From positions 130,324,001 through 130,388,000 of the forward strand of contig OZ024741.1 of the NCBI GenBank assembly GCA_964016885.1: a stretch of DNA of 64,000 bases. The letters run 5' to 3'. This DNA is from Eledone cirrhosa. Lineage: Eukaryota. Position 1 is the first letter of the stretch, and each line of letters begins with the position of its first letter. The notes under the pieces were generated by a model that did no database searches, was not told the origin of the DNA, and worked only from the letters and a program-made list of their open reading frames with translations. Shown here piece by piece: positions 62,401 to 64,000 of the stretch. The position numbers and the translations under genes were made by a program.

Positions 62401-64000
62401 GGAAGCAGTGAACATATAACTTTACACATCATATTTGTCTGTGTAACTAGGGCTGGAAGCAGTGAACATGTAACTTTACACATCATATTTGTCTGCGTAA
62501 CTCGGGTTGGAAGCGGTGAACATATAACTTTACACATCATATTTGTCTGTGGAACTAGGGTTGGAAGCGGTGAACAAATAACTTTACACATCATATTTGT
62601 CTGTGTAACTAGGGTTAGAAGCAGTGAACATATAACTTTACACATCATATTTGTCACTGTAACTAGGGTTGGAAGCAGTGAACATATAACTTTACACATC
62701 ATATTTGTCTGTGTAACTAGGGTTGGAAGCAGTGAACATACAACTTTACACATCATATTTGTCTGTGTAACTAGGGTTGGAAGCAGTGAACATATAACTT
62801 TACACATCATATTTGTCTGTGTAACTAGTGTAAGAAGCAGTGAACATATAACTTTACACATCATATTTGTCTGTGTAACAAGGGTTAGAAGCAGTGAACA
62901 TATAACTTTACACATCATATTTGTCTGTGTAACTAGGGTTGGAAGCAGTGAACATATAACTTTACACATCATATTTATCTGTGTAACTAGGGTTAGAAGC
63001 AGTGAACATATAACTTTACACATCATATTTGTCTGTGTAACTATGGTTAGAAGCAGTGAATATACAACTTTACACATCATATTTGTCTGTGTAACTAGGG
63101 TTGGAAGCAGTGAACATATAACTTTACACATCATATTTTTCTATGTAACTAGGATTGGAAGCAGTGAACATATAACTTTACACATCATATTTGTCTTTGT
63201 AAGTAGGGTTGGAAGCGGTGAACAAATAACTTTACACATCATATTTGTGTGTGGAACTAGTGTTCGAAGCGGTGAACATATAACTTTACACATCATATTT
63301 GTCTGTTTAACTAGGGTTGGAAGCAGTGAACATATAAATTTACACATCATATTTGTCTGTGTAACTAGGGTTGGAAGCGGTGAACATATAACTTTACACA
63401 TCATATTTGTCTGTGTAACTAGGGTTGGAAGCAGTGAACATATAACTTAACACATCATATTTGTCTGTGTAACTAGGGTTGGAAGCGGTGAACATATAAC
63501 TTTACACATCATATTTGTCTGTGTAACTAGGGTTGGAAGCGGTGAACATATAACTTTACACATCATATTTGTCTGTGTAACTAGGGTTGGAAGCAGTGAA
63601 CATATAACTTAACACATCATATGTGTCTGTGTAACTAGGGTTGGAAGCGGTGAACATATAACGTTACACATCATATTTGTCTGTGTAACTAGGGTTGGAA
63701 GCAGTGAACATATAACTTTACACATCATATTTGTCTGTGTAACTAGGGTGGGAAGCAGTGAACATATAACTTTACACATCATATTTGTCTGTGTAACTCG
63801 GGTTGGAAGCGGTGAACAAATAACTTTACACATCATATTTGTCTGTGGAACTAGGGTTCGAAGCGGTGAACATATAACTTTACACATCATATTTGTCTAT
63901 GTAACTAGGGTTGGAAGCAGTGAACATATAACTTTACACATCATATTTGTCTGTGTAACTAGGGTTGGAAGCGGTGAACATATAACTTTACACATCATAT
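47473..64000. repeat. 54-bp satellite (CATCATATTTGTCTGTGTAACTAGGGTTGGAAGCAGTGAACATATAACTTTACA), about 306 units, running off the window end
   Basis: Strict period 54 with one visible 1-bp deletion near 59126; diagnostic variants recur as higher-order repeats. Confidence 0.98.

Noticed and set aside
47473-64000. Telomere-like TAGGGTTAG in the monomer, and a third frame SYMFTASNPSYTDKYDV* in which the two main variants are synonymous
   Set aside because: A single motif per unit is not a telomeric array; the third frame stops in every unit and lacks dibasic cleavage sites; Helitron Rep origin explains the sequence better.

Overview
Eukaryotic, AT-rich, almost entirely repeat-derived DNA. The abundant tRNA-derived SINE and the microsatellite load resemble octopus/coleoid cephalopod genomes (inferred, not verified). 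No intact host gene is supported, and nearly all long ORFs in the track are artefacts of micro-/minisatellites. Contents: a 38-bp minisatellite; trinucleotide and (TA)n arrays (1-12.4 kb); RTE and Penelope-type RT fragments; a 3.2-kb (GGT)n-spaced minisatellite; about 12 copies of one SINE, several with TSDs; a dense 26.8-38.3 kb cluster of Penelope-like elements with inverted or direct pseudo-LTRs and hammerhead ribozyme motifs; a 1.4-kb non-autonomous Helitron; a near-full-length L1/Tx1-type LINE between (GATA)n arrays, with a relative's 3' end replacing part of its endonuclease; and a decayed Helitron Rep-helicase ORF. The standout observation is that the >16.5-kb 54-bp satellite (47.5 kb to the window end) appears to be an amplified piece of that Helitron Rep coding sequence and carries multi-kb higher-order repeats.
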